A DNA stretch of 64,000 nt from Vicugna vicugna (taxonomy: Eukaryota). The notes beneath the pieces were generated by a model. That model was not told the origin of the DNA, did not search any database, and worked only from the letters and a program-made list of their open reading frames with translations. The stretch is taken from contig MU057487.1 of the NCBI GenBank assembly GCA_013265495.1, forward strand, positions 682,001-746,000, written 5' to 3'. Below are positions 25,680 to 38,348 of this stretch, in pieces (the first letter of the stretch is position 1; every line of letters begins with the position of its first letter). The position numbers were made by a program, and so were the translations under genes.

Positions 25680-27860
25680 TTCATCTCTATTTGCTCCTAA
25701 AATTCCAGTACCATGACAACAGATGAATTTTAAAAGTTTAAAAACCCAAAAGATCAAGTTGATGGAGAAAGAGGACAACAGGAAATGAGAAATGACTACA
25801 GATATTTTGGAGATGGAGCATATACAAGGAGTGGTAACTGACATAACGACAGAGGAGAATGCAGAAATCTAGGCACCTGCAAGGAAAGAGCCTACAAGAA
25901 TCAGCATAATTCATAGGGCAAACCTGGAAAACTCAGGAACTGGAGATAAATATTCCCTTGAGGGCCATGGTATAGTTTTAACGTAGGCTCTGAACAGTTT
26001 AAAGTTAGTTTAACGTCCCTTAAATGCAATAACTAGAAGAGATGCTCTCTGCAACCCTGTACAACAGGTTATTACCCATCCACACGCCTATAGAATACAT
26101 AAGGTTTATTATCAGGAGAAATTATGCTGGAGAGGATACCAAGCATGATGTGATAAAGGGGGGAGTGTTTTCCTGAAAAGAGAGAGAGTAGGTGAACATC
26201 TCTGTTAAACATGGAGAACTCTAAGCTCTCTAACTAGCAGCCAGGCTTGTATCTCCCAGAAGAGAGACTGGAAAATTATTCTCTGGACAACCTGAGCAGG
26301 CAGAGAGAAAAGCTCTACAGATACTGCTATGGGAAGAGGCAATAAACTAGCCGGGCATCCCATCCAATGATCCGACTGTGAACCCCACAAGCCAATAATC
26401 CCTATCCATGGCCACAGAATTCGACTTAATATAGTGTCTCATTCTTAAATCGATTAGACATTTAAATAATGCCTCCAATATGTAAGATAGAGATAATAAA
26501 GAGGGAAAAAAAAAGAAACTCCAAAAGAAATTTAGAAAGGCAAACAAAAACTTTTAAAAGAGAAAGAGAAAAAAAGCCAATCAATTGTTCAGATAGTCAT
26601 GAGAAGAGCATTTTTTTGTTGTTGTTATTTTAAAAGAAAATGGCGCTGTTATTAAAAGGAACAAAAAACAAAGAAGAGTTCTTGGAAATAAAAAATGTGA
26701 CGGGAAAAAAAGTCAACAGAAAATGATTCAGAAAGGAGAACTCTCCCCCAAAAATGAAATGTAGCATAAATGTGATAAATTAGATTAATTTTTCAGAAGG
26801 TATTCCTTCCTTTTCTCCCACAGAGTACAGGCTACTTCCCTACTCCACTGATGCTGGGCTAGGACCACAAGGCCGACAGAATGTATGTGGAAGTGACAGT
26901 GTGATGCTTCCTAACCAAAGTCTTAAGAGGCATGAGTTTCTATTTGCTTTTTTGAACGTCTGCCGTTTGAGAGGCCACTGGTCCAAGGAAGATGAGAAGA
27001 TGCACCTGATCTGCCAAGTCCAACTGACTCCAGACGAACCCCATGGAGCCCCAGCCAACCACAGACCAGTGAGCAAGAAGATAAACACACTGAGCTCTAG
27101 AAAAGTTTGTTATGTGGCATTATTGTAGTAATAACTGACTAATGTAAGATAAAAATATAAAAATCAAAAGAAACTAAAAGGACTCAAACTAAGATTTTAA
27201 ATAACCAGATAAGAGAAGTTTCACAAAAAGAGAACAAAGAAAATTAAGGGGGAGAATTTAGAAAAGAAATAATACGAGAAAAATTCCCAGAACTGAGTGA
27301 CATAAATTTCCATATTTAAAGAGCCCAATGAATACGAAAGGATTCACACCAAGGCAGATCTCATGAAATTCCAGAACATCAAGAATAAACAGGAGGATTA
27401 AAACTTTCCAGATAAAATAAACAGGTTATACATGAAAAAAATGTTGATCAGAATGCCATTTGGACTTAGTAGAAAATGCTGAAAGCAAGAATTCAATAAA
27501 CAAATGCCTTTGAAATTAAAATTTTAGAGGGTAAAAATTCTAATCTTGAATCATATAACTATTCAAACATCAAATCAAATGTTAGGGTGGAGTAATAGCA
27601 TTTTCAGGCAAGTAAGGACTTAAATATTTACTTTCAAAGCACCTTTTCTTACAGAATTATTAAAGAATAAATTTCAGTCCAAATTAAAGAAAGTCTCCGG
27701 ATAAAAACCCTCATGGAAAATCATGAAACTAATAACTTACCTGATATACTATTTTATGAGAGATTTTACAGATCTTTTCCAGAGTTTCAGGAAGATGTCA
27801 GAACAAGGACATAGTATATAAAGAAGAAAAAATAAAATGAGACATTATTATTTACAGGAA
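25680..27860 (+). mobile_element. Ancient LINE-1 5'/ORF1 region, interrupted by an MLT1 LTR near 26790-27146
   Basis: A-rich decayed ORF1-like text (agaaaaattcccagaactga...catgaaattccagaacatc); MLT1-like block with gtggaagtgacagtgtg and end ttgttatgtggcattattgtagtaataactgactaat. Confidence 0.55.
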
Positions 27861-28414
27861 AAAAAAAAAACAAGATCCTTTTGGAAGGACTGAGGTTTCT
27901 ATTGAGTATATTTGCCCATGTATAATATTTTTCACTTCATATTTGAATTACACATAACACATGCCTGAGTTTGAATTTCCTAAGATGCTAACTCAAAGAT
28001 AATGTTTCAAGGGTAAGTAGTTTATTTAGAAAGTAAAGGAGACTCTGGCAGAGGAAAGGGGAAGTGGAAGGAAAGAAAAGAAGCTCACAGAACAAGGGAA
28101 ACCAAAAAGTAACTGCAAACTGTCTTCTCTACCCCATTAGGCTTCGTACCATAAAAATAACTTCAAAACCAACTTTTTTCATTCAACATTATATTTTTAA
28201 GATTGCTCCATGTATTCATGTAGTATTTCATGTATTTTATCTCCTGTGAATTATAGAAATATGAATTATAGCTTATTTTTTCCATTCCTCTCATCATTTC
28301 CACCTTTTCCCTATTATAGTCAGTGATGCATTGTACATGACTTCTTGTGAACATTGGAAAAGGCTGATTTCTGTTTTTTGTTTTTGTTTTTAGCATAGAT
28401 ATTGGATTACTAAG

Positions 28415-28790
28415 TGTGATGGTGAATTTTACGAGTCAACTTGCCTGGGCTCCAGTGCCCAGATATTGGTCAAGCATGTATGCATGCTGCTTTGAAGATA
28501 TTTTTTAGATGAGATTAACATTTAATCAGTAGGCTTTGAGTAAAGCAGATTACCATCCATAATGTAGTTGGGCCCCATTTAAGCCATTAAAAGCCTTACG
28601 AAAAAGACTAATCTTCCCTGAGGAGGAGTGAATTCCATCAGCAGGCTGCCTTCAGACTGAAGCTGCAGCATCAACTCTTTCCCAGTTCTCTGTCCTGCCA
28701 GCCTTGCCTGCATATTTTGAACTTGCCAGACTCTGTAATCATGAAGCAAGATGCCTTAAAATTAAGGAATCTCTCTCTCTCTTTATGTCT
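28415..28790 (+). mobile_element. ERVL LTR (MLT2-like) inserted in an old minus-strand L1 spanning about 28170-29270
   Basis: tgtgatggtgaattttacgagtcaacttg...gatgagattaacattt...gagtaaagcagattacc. Confidence 0.8.
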
Positions 28791-29284
28791 ATAGTGTGTG
28801 TGAGCTCTAATTGCTTCACATCTTTGACAACAATTGGTATTGTCAGCACTTTTAAATTTTAGCCAATCTAGAAGGTGTGAAAAGATATTCTTTTATGGTT
28901 TAAATTAGCATTTCCCTGCTGACTAATGAGGCTGGTCATATTTGCTTATGTTTGTTGGCTATTTGAATTTTCTTTTGTGAAGTATCTCTTCAAGTCTTTT
29001 TCTCTGATTCTTCTATTTTGTCTTATTATTTTCTTAATAAGTTTTATAAATTATGTATTTCAAAATTGAGTTTTATTATTGTGTAGCACATATATTTCCT
29101 GACTCTGTTAAATTACCTTTTACTCTCCTACTGGCTTTTATAAGGGGAATTTTTTAAGTTTTATGTAGTCCAACTTAGCATATTTTCCTTCATAATTAGC
29201 AGTTTTTGTGACTTTAAAAAATCCTAACCTATCCTAAAATCATAAAGATATCTTCCTATGTCATGTTCTATAACAGTGTTGTCT

Positions 29285-29920
29285 GAAATAGAACTACCAT
29301 ATGATCTAGCCATCACACTTCTGGGTACATTTCCAAAAGAAATGAAAACAGGATATCACAGAGATATCTGCATTCCCATATTTATTGCAGTAATATTCAC
29401 AATAGCCAAGATGTGAAAACAACCTAAGTGTCCATCAGTGGATGAATGGATAAAGGTGTGATATGGATATACAATAGAGTATTATTCAGCCATGAGAAAG
29501 AAGGAAATCCTGTCATTTGTGATGGAATGGCTGGACCTTGAGGGCACAATGCTAAGTGAAATAAGTCAGATAGAGAAAGACAAATACTGTATGATATTAC
29601 TTGTATGTGGAATCTAAAAAGGCCAAACTCATAAAGACAGAATATAATGGTGGATGGATAAGTTCTAGGAATCTCATGCACAACGTGGTGACTATAATTA
29701 ACAATATGTATTATATATTTGAAAGTTGCTAAGAGAGTAAACTAACTGTTCTGACCACAAAAAAGAAATGGTAATTATGGGATGTGATGGAGGTGCTAGT
29801 TAGTGCAATGGCGACAATCATTATGCAATATACATAAGTATATCAGATCAGCACATTGTACATCTTAAACTTACACAATGCTACATGCCAATTTTATCTG
29901 AATAAAATTGGGGGGAAAAA
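29285..29920 (+). mobile_element. LINE-1 3' end (L1MA/L1MB-like)
   Basis: aaatagaactaccatatgatctagc...caacctaagtgtccatcagtggatgaatggataaag...ctgaataaaattggggg. Confidence 0.88.
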
Positions 29921-29924
29921 CAAT

Positions 29925-30098
29925 AATTTCAGCCTTGATAGAAATGTTCTCTATCTATGCTAAACATACAATAGTCACATGTGGCTATTCAGCACTTAAA
30001 ATATAGCTGGTGTCACTGAGGAAATACTTTCAAACTTTTATTTAATTTTATTTAATTTAAATTGCTATATGTGGCCAGTGGCTGCCATATTGGATAGA
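29925..30098. mobile_element. MER3-like hAT DNA transposon
   Basis: gatagaaatgttctctatct...cacatgtggctatt...gtggccagtggctgccatattggata. Confidence 0.7.
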
Positions 30099-30099
30099 A

Positions 30100-31700
30100 A
30101 TCATTCAGTCATGTTCTCAGACTATAACAGGATTAAACTAGAAATCAGTAACAGAAAAATAATTGAGAAATCCCCAAATATTTGGAAATTAACATACTTC
30201 TAAATAATCCATGGATTGAAGAAGTATCAAGATAAATAAGAAACATTTTGAACTAAATTAAAAAAAAACACTATTTAATCAAATTGTGGGCTGCAGTGAA
30301 AGGAGTGCTTCAAGGTAAATGTACAGCATTAAATTCATGTTTGAGTAGCAGATCTAAAACCTAATTTTCTACCTTAGCAAACTAGATACAGTAAATTAAG
30401 CTTAAAGCAGGGAGAAGAAAAAGAATCATAAAAATCAGAGAAGAAATCATTGAAATTAAAAATGGAAATCAATAGGGAAAAAAAATCAATAAAACCAAAA
30501 GCTAGTTCCTTGGGGGTAATTATTAACAGTATTTACTATTGAGAAAAACCCGTGTGTAAGTAAACCCCTGTTGTTCAAAGGTCGACTGTACCTATCCAGT
30601 GCTTCTCAAAATTAAGGCCATCAGAAACACGGAAGGTCTGAGAAACTGTCACAGCCAAAAGGAGCCTAAGGAGGCATGTTAATTATATGTAATGTGGTAT
30701 CTTGAATGAGATCCTGGAACAGTAAAAGGGCATTAAGTCAAAATGAAGAATATCTGAATAAAGTATAGGCTTTCATTAATTATATCAATAATGGTTCATT
30801 ACTTGTGACAAATGTATCTCACTAATGTAAGATATTAGCAACAGGGGAAAGGAGGTGTGAGTTACGCAGGAAATCTCTGTACGATCTTTGAACTTTTTTG
30901 TAAATCTAAAACTATTCTAAAATGAAAGGCTTATTAAAATAAATTAATGGGGTATGTTGAAAACTTTCTCTCAAAAACTAGGTTGCCTACTCTCTCCATT
31001 TTAATTCAAAATTTTATTTGCACTGCTAGCCAGTGGAATAAAGTACGAAATAAGATGTATAGGGATTGAAAGGTAAGAAAAAAACAGTATGTTTCTATAC
31101 ATAGAAAATGCAATTCTATAAAAGTATCAGGGTCACTGAATCTAAATTCATTCTAAACAAATCAATTTTATTTTTATTTTTATATACCAACTACACACAA
31201 TCCAAGACCTCCTCATATGACTGAAAGACATTAACACCTACATAAATGATGGATATACCATGTCAATATTTTTGAAGACCCAATGTTTTCAGTTCTCTTC
31301 AAGTTGACCTATGGACTCAGTGCAATTCCAACAGAAGTCCCAGCGGGCGTGTTTGTGAACACTGAGATGCTGATGCTAAGATTTATATGGAAATGCAAAG
31401 GAATAGGAATGGCTATCACAAACTTGAAAAAGAATTGCAGAATGAGAGGTTTTGATTTGCCAGAAAAGAAGGCTTATAATAAAGCTACAGAAATTAAATC
31501 AGGTAAGAATTGGTGCAAGCACAGATACACAGACTAACGGAAGAGAAGAGAGAAGAAACAAACCCAATCTCATATGAGCACTAGAATTAAGACTAAGGCA
31601 GCCCTGCAGAAGAATAAGAAAAGGATGGTCTTTTCAATAGACAGTCCTGGGGCAATCAGTTACCCACGTGGTAATCAAATGAAACCTGGCACCTCCTTTC
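30100..31700 (+). mobile_element. Old LINE-1 ORF2 fragments with nested Tigger-like (about 30520-30590) and L1MC/MD 3' (about 30600-30945) pieces
   Basis: ORF 31283-31537 (LTYGLSAIPTEVPAGVF...MLRFIWKCK) is decayed L1 ORF2; gttgttcaaaggtcgactgta is a Tigger-type end. Confidence 0.7.
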
Positions 31701-32546
31701 AGTATCTCCTTTAGAGTAGGCCTGCTGATTGGTGTAGCTTTTATTCTTCACTCAATGATTACTCACTAAATGGCATTTCCTATTTTATTCATACAATTTA
31801 TAACTATCTGAAATTATTTCACTTCTTTAATTGCTCTTTAATTATCTGTCATATTCCCGGTAGAGTAGAAAGTCCTTGAGAACAAGAATCTTCTCTCTTC
31901 AGCTCATATCATTGTACTTGGAATATCGAGAGCATTTCCTGGCACAAATGGAAGCTTATTAACAAATTAAAATGACTGTAAATCTGCCAGGGAAATTCAC
32001 GGTGAAAAGAGCAGGAAACCCCTTGAGGTAGCACTTGAATGATGAGGAGGAGTTTACTTGGGAGAGGCTGGGGTAGGGTAAAGGTTTAGAATATATTCCA
32101 GATGGGGAGCGTAGCAAGTGCAGAGGTAGAATAAATGAGTGACGTGAATCCAGGGTCTCTCTAAACAGGCCATTTCCTGTATGCAGTAAATGGAAACATT
32201 TGTTTAAAACAGAGTCTTGTTTATTCAGTCACAAGTCTCAGGTTACTTCCTTTTTTTTTTTTCATTTTATAAATGAAAAAAAACTTATTTCTTCACTAAA
32301 ATAGCTCAGGGTTCTGACTTGTTCATTCTCTCCACCAAATTCTCAGCCTTTTCCAATTTAAGTCTACACAAGCAGACATTACTTGGTATTATTTTAATCC
32401 ATAGTTCTATAGGTCAAGTGTGTGCGTCCTATTCACTTAATGTTTTTTGTTGCTTATTTGTTGTTTCTTTTTAAATACACCTTCCTGGGCTCTCCTAAAA
32501 GATTAAAAGAGAAGGTCTGGGTAAGTTAGACAGCTTGCTCCCTAGA

Positions 32547-32891
32547 TGTCTTAGCTCTGGGTGATATTACAAATTACCATCGACTGAGTGGCTTGAACTA
32601 CAATTTATTTCTCACAGTTCTGGAATTGGAGAAGTCCAGGATCAAGGCGCTGGCAGATTCAGTGTCTGGTGAGACCCAGTTTCTGGTTCATAGGCCACTG
32701 TCTTCTCACTGTGTCCTCACGTGGTAGAAGGAGCCAGGGAGCTTTCTGAAGCCTCTTTTCTAAGGGCGCTAATCTCATTCGTGAGAGCTCTACCTTCCTG
32801 ACCTCTGGAAGGCCCACTTCTAAATACCATCATATGAGGGGTTAGGATTTCAACATGCAAATTTGGGGGGACACAAACATTCAGTGCATCA
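32547..32891 (-). mobile_element. ERVL-MaLR solo LTR (MLT1A-like)
   Basis: Same family motifs as 12671-13045: tttatttctcacagttctgg...aagtccaggatcaagg...ttaggatttcaacatg. Confidence 0.85.
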
Positions 32892-32934
32892 CTTGAATTG
32901 AGTCAAATACAAAGAAAGGTGGGAACTAATCTAA

Positions 32935-33230
32935 ACCCTTACTAATAAAAGTGTGACCCACTAACAGCACTCACATCACCTGGGAATTTATTTTGAAATT
33001 CTAAATCTCAGGCCCCACCCCACATATTCTTAATCAGAATCTGTACTTTTATAAGATCCTGGATGATTGATATGAACTGATCCAATCCACAATTCTCCTA
33101 ACCTGCAGCATGGGCATCACCCAGGAACTTTAAAATGCAAACTATCTGGCTCCACCACAATCTACTGAATGAGAACCACTCTGGGGGTGGGCCTAGCATG
33201 TAATCTGTTTTAACAAACCCTTAACTCTTA
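32935..33230. mobile_element. MER5-type hAT-Charlie fragments
   Basis: catcacctgggaa...aatctcaggccccacccc...aatcagaatctg; second copy gcatcacccaggaactt...aatctgttttaacaa. Confidence 0.7.
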
Positions 33231-34308
33231 AGTGGAGCCCATCTATTATCCCGCCTTTAGCTGGGACCAATTCTAATTTTAAACCATTTACCACATGTGA
33301 TTTTTAGCACCACAATTCTATTTCTAATGACAGTGGAGCTAGCAGGATTGAAGGAAAAAAAAAAAAAGAAAACTCATAAAGATCTATGGTAATATACATG
33401 TATGGAACAACATGCTGCACTCATGGCAGCAACTGGGAGATTTCCTCTTTCCCCAGCCTGGAGACATACTGGAAGGGCTCTCTAGTTTAATGAACGTAAA
33501 AGCCATAAACTGGTGGGCCATTAAACTTCTTTAGAGCATATCCATGGTTTTTCAATAGCTACTCTACTGAAGGTTTTACTCCCACCTTGACTTGCTAAAT
33601 TTTAAGACGCCTCCATCTCTGAAAAGCATTTTCCAATGATTGTCAGCGTGAGGGTAGGGGCAGCAGCGGCTTTAGTTTATTTAAGGAAGCTTACAGAGGA
33701 TATCAGCTCCAGGTGTGCCTAAATATTATGGAAGGAGGGCATCCCTCGATTTTATTAACAGCAGGCAAGGCAAGGCTTCCTTTCTTCTTTAAAATAAAAG
33801 CTCTCAATACTACCGACTACATTTCAATCAATTCTTAGGATCTATCTCAGAGCCTCCACCACCTGAAGACTTAAAAAGGCTTTTGTGGTTCACTGAAGTA
33901 AAATAAGATCGTTTTAGAGTCCCTGTGTTGTCCTCTTCCTCCAACTCACCCCTTCATTTGAATGCAAGAGTATTATCAGTCCTTTGTCAAGTTCAGTCAT
34001 TCATCCACTCTTTTTCACTTCTTCCAAACTGGGCCAGAGATCAACCAAAGACCACGATCTCCAGGTGTTAAACTCCCTCTGGGCTGAGCCTGGGAAGGAG
34101 GTTTACTCCCAGGCCAGCGCCTCCCAGGCTGGGGTCCGCGCGCTGGACGACCACCTCCAGCCCCTCCGCGCTCTGCCCGCGGGTGGGGGTGGGGGCTTCC
34201 ACCGCCTGGCTCGGTGGCCTGGACACTTTTGCAGGCCGACCTTGAACCCCCTGGGCTCCCGGCGGCCCCGGGCCCGCAGGCCGTTGGCTCGGGTCCTCGG
34301 CTCCCCGG

Positions 34309-34323
34309 GGCCACCAGGGGGCG
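34309..34323 (+). promoter_or_regulatory. Candidate CTCF binding site
   Basis: GGCCACCAGGGGGCG matches the core CTCF consensus over 15 bp. Confidence 0.65.
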
Positions 34324-34572
34324 GCCGAGCTCAGCGCCGCCCCGAGGAGGGCAGCCCGCGGAGAGGAAGTGCCCCGCGTCCTGGCCCGACGCGCCCGGAG
34401 CGCAGCCTCCTCGCCGGGGCCTCCCCCCGCCAGGCCAGCCCCCGGCCCTGCCCCCGCCCCGCGCGGGCTGCGGGCGGCGGCGGGAGCCGGGTCCTGTGAC
34501 CGGTCAGGCGGTGCGGCGAGCGCGGCGGGGAGGGCGGCTGGCCTCGGGGAAGTTCCGACGGCCGCGGGGGCG

Positions 34573-34592
34573 NNNNNNNNNNNNNNNNNNNC
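34573..34592. other. Assembly gap (20 N) within the CpG island / 5' UTR region
   Basis: Run of 20 n ending 61 bp upstream of the ATG. Confidence 0.99.
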
Positions 34593-34653
34593 CCGGCGCG
34601 GAGCCCGAGCTCGCCGAGAGCGGCCGGCCAGCTGAGCGGGGCCGGGGGCGCTC

Positions 34654-34903
34654 ATGGCGGGCGGGGGAGCCGGGGACCCGGACCGGGGGGCGGCCGCGGC
34701 CGCGGTGCCCGAGACCCGGGAACACCTCTTCAAAGTGCTGGTCATCGGCGAACTTGGCGTGGGCAAGACCAGCATTATCAAGCGCTACGTCCACCAGCTC
34801 TTCTCCCAGCACTACCGAGCCACCATCGGGGTGGACTTCGCCCTCAAGGTCCTCAACTGGGACAGCAGGACGCTGGTGCGCCTGCAGCTGTGGGACATCG
34901 CGG
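34654..34903 (+). CDS. RAB32: RAB32 coding exon 1 (Ras-related protein Rab-32, codons 1-83 plus first base of G84)
   Basis: Translates [10 protein letters not shown]...[63 protein letters not shown]-loop GELGVGKT and the Rab32/38/29-type WDIAG motif; donor G|GTAAG at 34903/34904; 250 bp, phase 1. Confidence 0.98.
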
Positions 34904-37859
34904 GTAAGCGGGTGCCCAGGGCCGCCGACACGCGGGGACACCGGAGCCGGCGGGCGGGCGGCGGCCTCCGGGAAGGGGGCGCCCGCCAGGTTTTCCAGCC
35001 GTCGGGAGCCAGGGGCACTCAGGTCCACGCGGTCCCCATTCTCCTCTCTGTCCTCGGCCTGAACTCAGCAGCCTGTGTATGTTTAGAAGAAAGGGACTAT
35101 CACTTAGAAGGACGGAAAGGGATGTGGTCGAGTGGACTCCAGTGGGGTCAGGACAATGGAACGAGCAGTAGTAGAAAATTTTAAAGCAGGATAAGATATA
35201 TAAGTGCATAAATAAGTAAGCCTGGTTAGATGCCTCAGCTAAGTCTGTATTTAAGAGATGGAAAGGGGGCCCTCTACTGCGGGGCTCTCACCTGACCAGA
35301 GTGGGGAAAGCCATGAGGGCTTATCTTGAAGTTTTCACTCTGAATCTTGCCAAGGAAGAGTTAGGGGAAGACTCCTGGCTCCTCTCATTCCCGTTAACGT
35401 TTCACAGATAAGAGCTGGGGTTCAAAGTGGCTGAATGACTTACCCAAAGTTAGGCACCTAGTTAGTGGCACAACCAAGACCAGAAACCTGGTTCCTTTTC
35501 AGATTCTCCATCACCACCTTGAGTCTGAGACGCTTCGTTGTGAGTGAAACCCCACTCACCATATACCATGTTCTCATTCCTTTGCCACCCAGGAGAGGAT
35601 TTGGGAAAGGTGACATTCCTCCCTCCCTAAACCAACACCTAGCCCCACTTCTGTCCCCCAACTCCTGCCCCATATATTGTTTCCCTGGCATTTGCTTTCA
35701 GTTACCATTTTGGAGCATAAAACCCCTGTGTGAGGGGGTACATATTCTCCTTGCTTTGATTTATGAAAACTTGAACTCTGGCTGGTGTGGCGGGTAGGAT
35801 GTGCACATTTAAAAAGTTGTTAACTTTTGGAAAGTTTCAATATGGAAGTGGTACCAAGAGTTGCCTTCCTCAATCACTGTTAAGTAGCTCAGTGTATCTT
35901 AGAGCATTTTGATGGGAGCATGTTCAGGGATGGAGAGACCATCCTTTGTCCTCCAGATGCTTAACTGAAACAGGTAGAAGATATGGTCACCCAGCTGGTA
36001 GCAGAGTCAAGGGCCACAGGTCTGTTTGCCCGGTAGTGTTTTTTCCATCAACAGCTTATTACATATGAGAAGGTACTGAAGAATTAACAACTTATATGTG
36101 CATTTATTTAAGAACAGGCTTCTCTATGTCTGATACAGGAATAAATTTGTTTGTCAGTCCCTCTGAGAAAGAGGGATAATCAGCCTTGGGCTCAGCTTTT
36201 TTTTTTTTTTTCCTCTTTGGGTTTCAGAAAACCAAAAGTCCGTTTGAAAAGTCATCTTTTGAAGCCAGAGGCTTCTTTCGAAATACTTCCTGCTTTTTTA
36301 CAAAGCACTTAAGAACAGTGATACTGCTTCTTGACAAAGTCATGGATTGTAAAGGCTGCTTTACCAAATGAGAGTCATTCTCCAGGAATTTTCAGTGGAG
36401 CCTTGGGTTTCCATGAAGATGATTTTAAAATCCTGGCCTAGGAGGATTGTTGACTTTGCCTCATTCTTCATGTGAAATAATGTGATATTTAGCAATTAAA
36501 TTGTGATTGGATCCTATTGCAGGTCAATAAAAGATTTTTGTGGCACAGTTGTGTTTTTAAACCTCAAGGAAAAATGCTTATACTTGGAGACTTGGGAAAA
36601 CAGAAGCATGAGTAAGCGTTTTCTTCTGGATGTCACCTATTTTTTCATCCTTCTTGAAGAGACCTATTTTGCCAGGAAGGGGATATAGTCACTCTTTACC
36701 AGACTCTGGTACATGTCGGTCTAGCTGGAATATCCTTGCACATTTGCCTAAAGCCAAAACTTGAGCTTGTCCAGGAAGAAAGCAGACCTTTCAGATCTCC
36801 AAAAGGGATTCCTGGATATTAGATAACCATTCAGCAGGTACACACCAGCAATGAACAAGACTGGAGGTAAACTTACGAGCTAATTGGAAATTATTAGGCT
36901 CATCTTATAAATAAGGTTTTCAGAGGTGGAGCTTTAATACATAAGGAAACTAAGAGCAAAAATAACTTGGCTTTAATGTAACGTGTAGGAAGCTCCATCA
37001 TTAACTACATTTGGTTTGAATGTCTGAGCCACTGGTGACTCCTAGCTCATACCATTTGAATGAAGTAGGAATGATGTAATGAAGGCAAACTGAAGGCCAC
37101 TCCAAAAAGCTTCCCCCATGGCTAAACATATTTGCCTTATGTAGTAACAAAGTTAAATCATATTTAATTCTCAGAAGAGATAAATAGTCCTTGATTGCAA
37201 AATAATAGGTGGCACTGGCCACTTGATATGATTAACTTAAGGTATGGTGTTACCACTAGTAAGTTTTTTTTTTGTTGTTTAAAGATGGGAAAGGTGGTAA
37301 AGAAATTATGTCAAGTCTCTATACTTGGAAGCTTTGGCAGCTGTGACAGGCAGGAGTTGTCCAAAGGTTTTCTATAAATGTGATCAAGGAGTTTAAGCTA
37401 AACTTTTTAAATTAAGAACCATCGTGACTCTTGGGTGCATGCCTTACAAATCCTTTCTTGTTACATTAAGTGAACGTAGCTTTAAATACAGATGCAATTT
37501 AATGCAATTTTTGTTTTCTGCAGTCGCTCTCTTTTACTGTATACCTGCTCTAAGGCTGCTGCTCAACACATCACTGAAATATACTAGAATATTGAAGTCT
37601 CTGATAAGATTTTAAAGGGAATTTAGTAAATGCATACTAAATTAAGATGCATACTGATCTTCCTTTTAACACTTATTATAAATGAAGTAGTATTTGGCTC
37701 ATTACTTATTATAATCTTATTAGCAACTTTAGACTTTCCCAGGTAGGTTGAATGGCTGGTCTGGCCAAATCTTTTTTTTTTTTTCTTTTTTTAAGTTCGT
37801 CCATTTAGATAGAATAATTTAGGCTTCATATATTCATTGAAGTGATTTGCTTTTGGCCA

Positions 37860-38348
37860 GGAGGCGAAAGTTTATCTCTAGCTTCTTAGAGCTTTCATCT
37901 GGGCCTGAGAATTAATGTGAAATGGGTTAATAGCAGAAATTTATTTAATCTAAGAATTCTGTGACACAGGAGCCCTCATAAGGAAATGAAGATCCAAAAA
38001 AAGTAGCAACATCGAAATGCTTTTATGCTAGGTTGAATAGAGAGAGGCAATTGTAGAAAAAAAATCAACCTCTGTGGGAAGGTTAAAGGAAGATAAAGGG
38101 TTATTTTTAACAAGATCTGTTTATACAGAATTCTCTCAGCTTGACTCCCCATCTCTGGTGATGAGAATGTTCCTTCCTCCTGGTCTAGGGAGGACATCTT
38201 TCACAAGGAAGTTCTCTCTTGATTTAAGGAAGGAAAGGGGGAGATTAGAGCAACCTTCATGCATTTACTGTTTTTCAAGTGCCTTTAGTTAAAATAATTC
38301 TTAGGCCAAAGTGTCATTTTTGGGGGTGGCCTATTCTGCCACCCTTCA
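37860..38348 (-). mobile_element. ERV1-class LTR
   Basis: Shares motifs with the LTR at 56735-57290 (ctgagaattaa; aaaataattcttaggccaaagtgtcattttt...ggtggcctattctg). Confidence 0.6.

Larger units (their letters stand above)
34110..35050. promoter_or_regulatory. CpG island / RAB32 promoter and first exon
   Basis: Sharp rise in GC and CpG density against AT-rich flanks; GC boxes (CCCCGCCC near 34452-34460); no TATA box seen; overlaps the ATG at 34654. Confidence 0.93.

Noticed and set aside
34904..35184. Read-through of the exon 1 ORF into intron 1 (176-aa product)
   Set aside because: Rab homology stops at the strong GTAAG donor; the extension is intronic
33984..35209. Many long overlapping ORFs (171, 237, 282 and 174 aa) on both strands
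   Set aside because: Stop-codon scarcity in a GC-rich island; low-complexity Pro/Arg/Gly/Ala products; several cross the N gap; only the 34654 frame gives a recognisable protein
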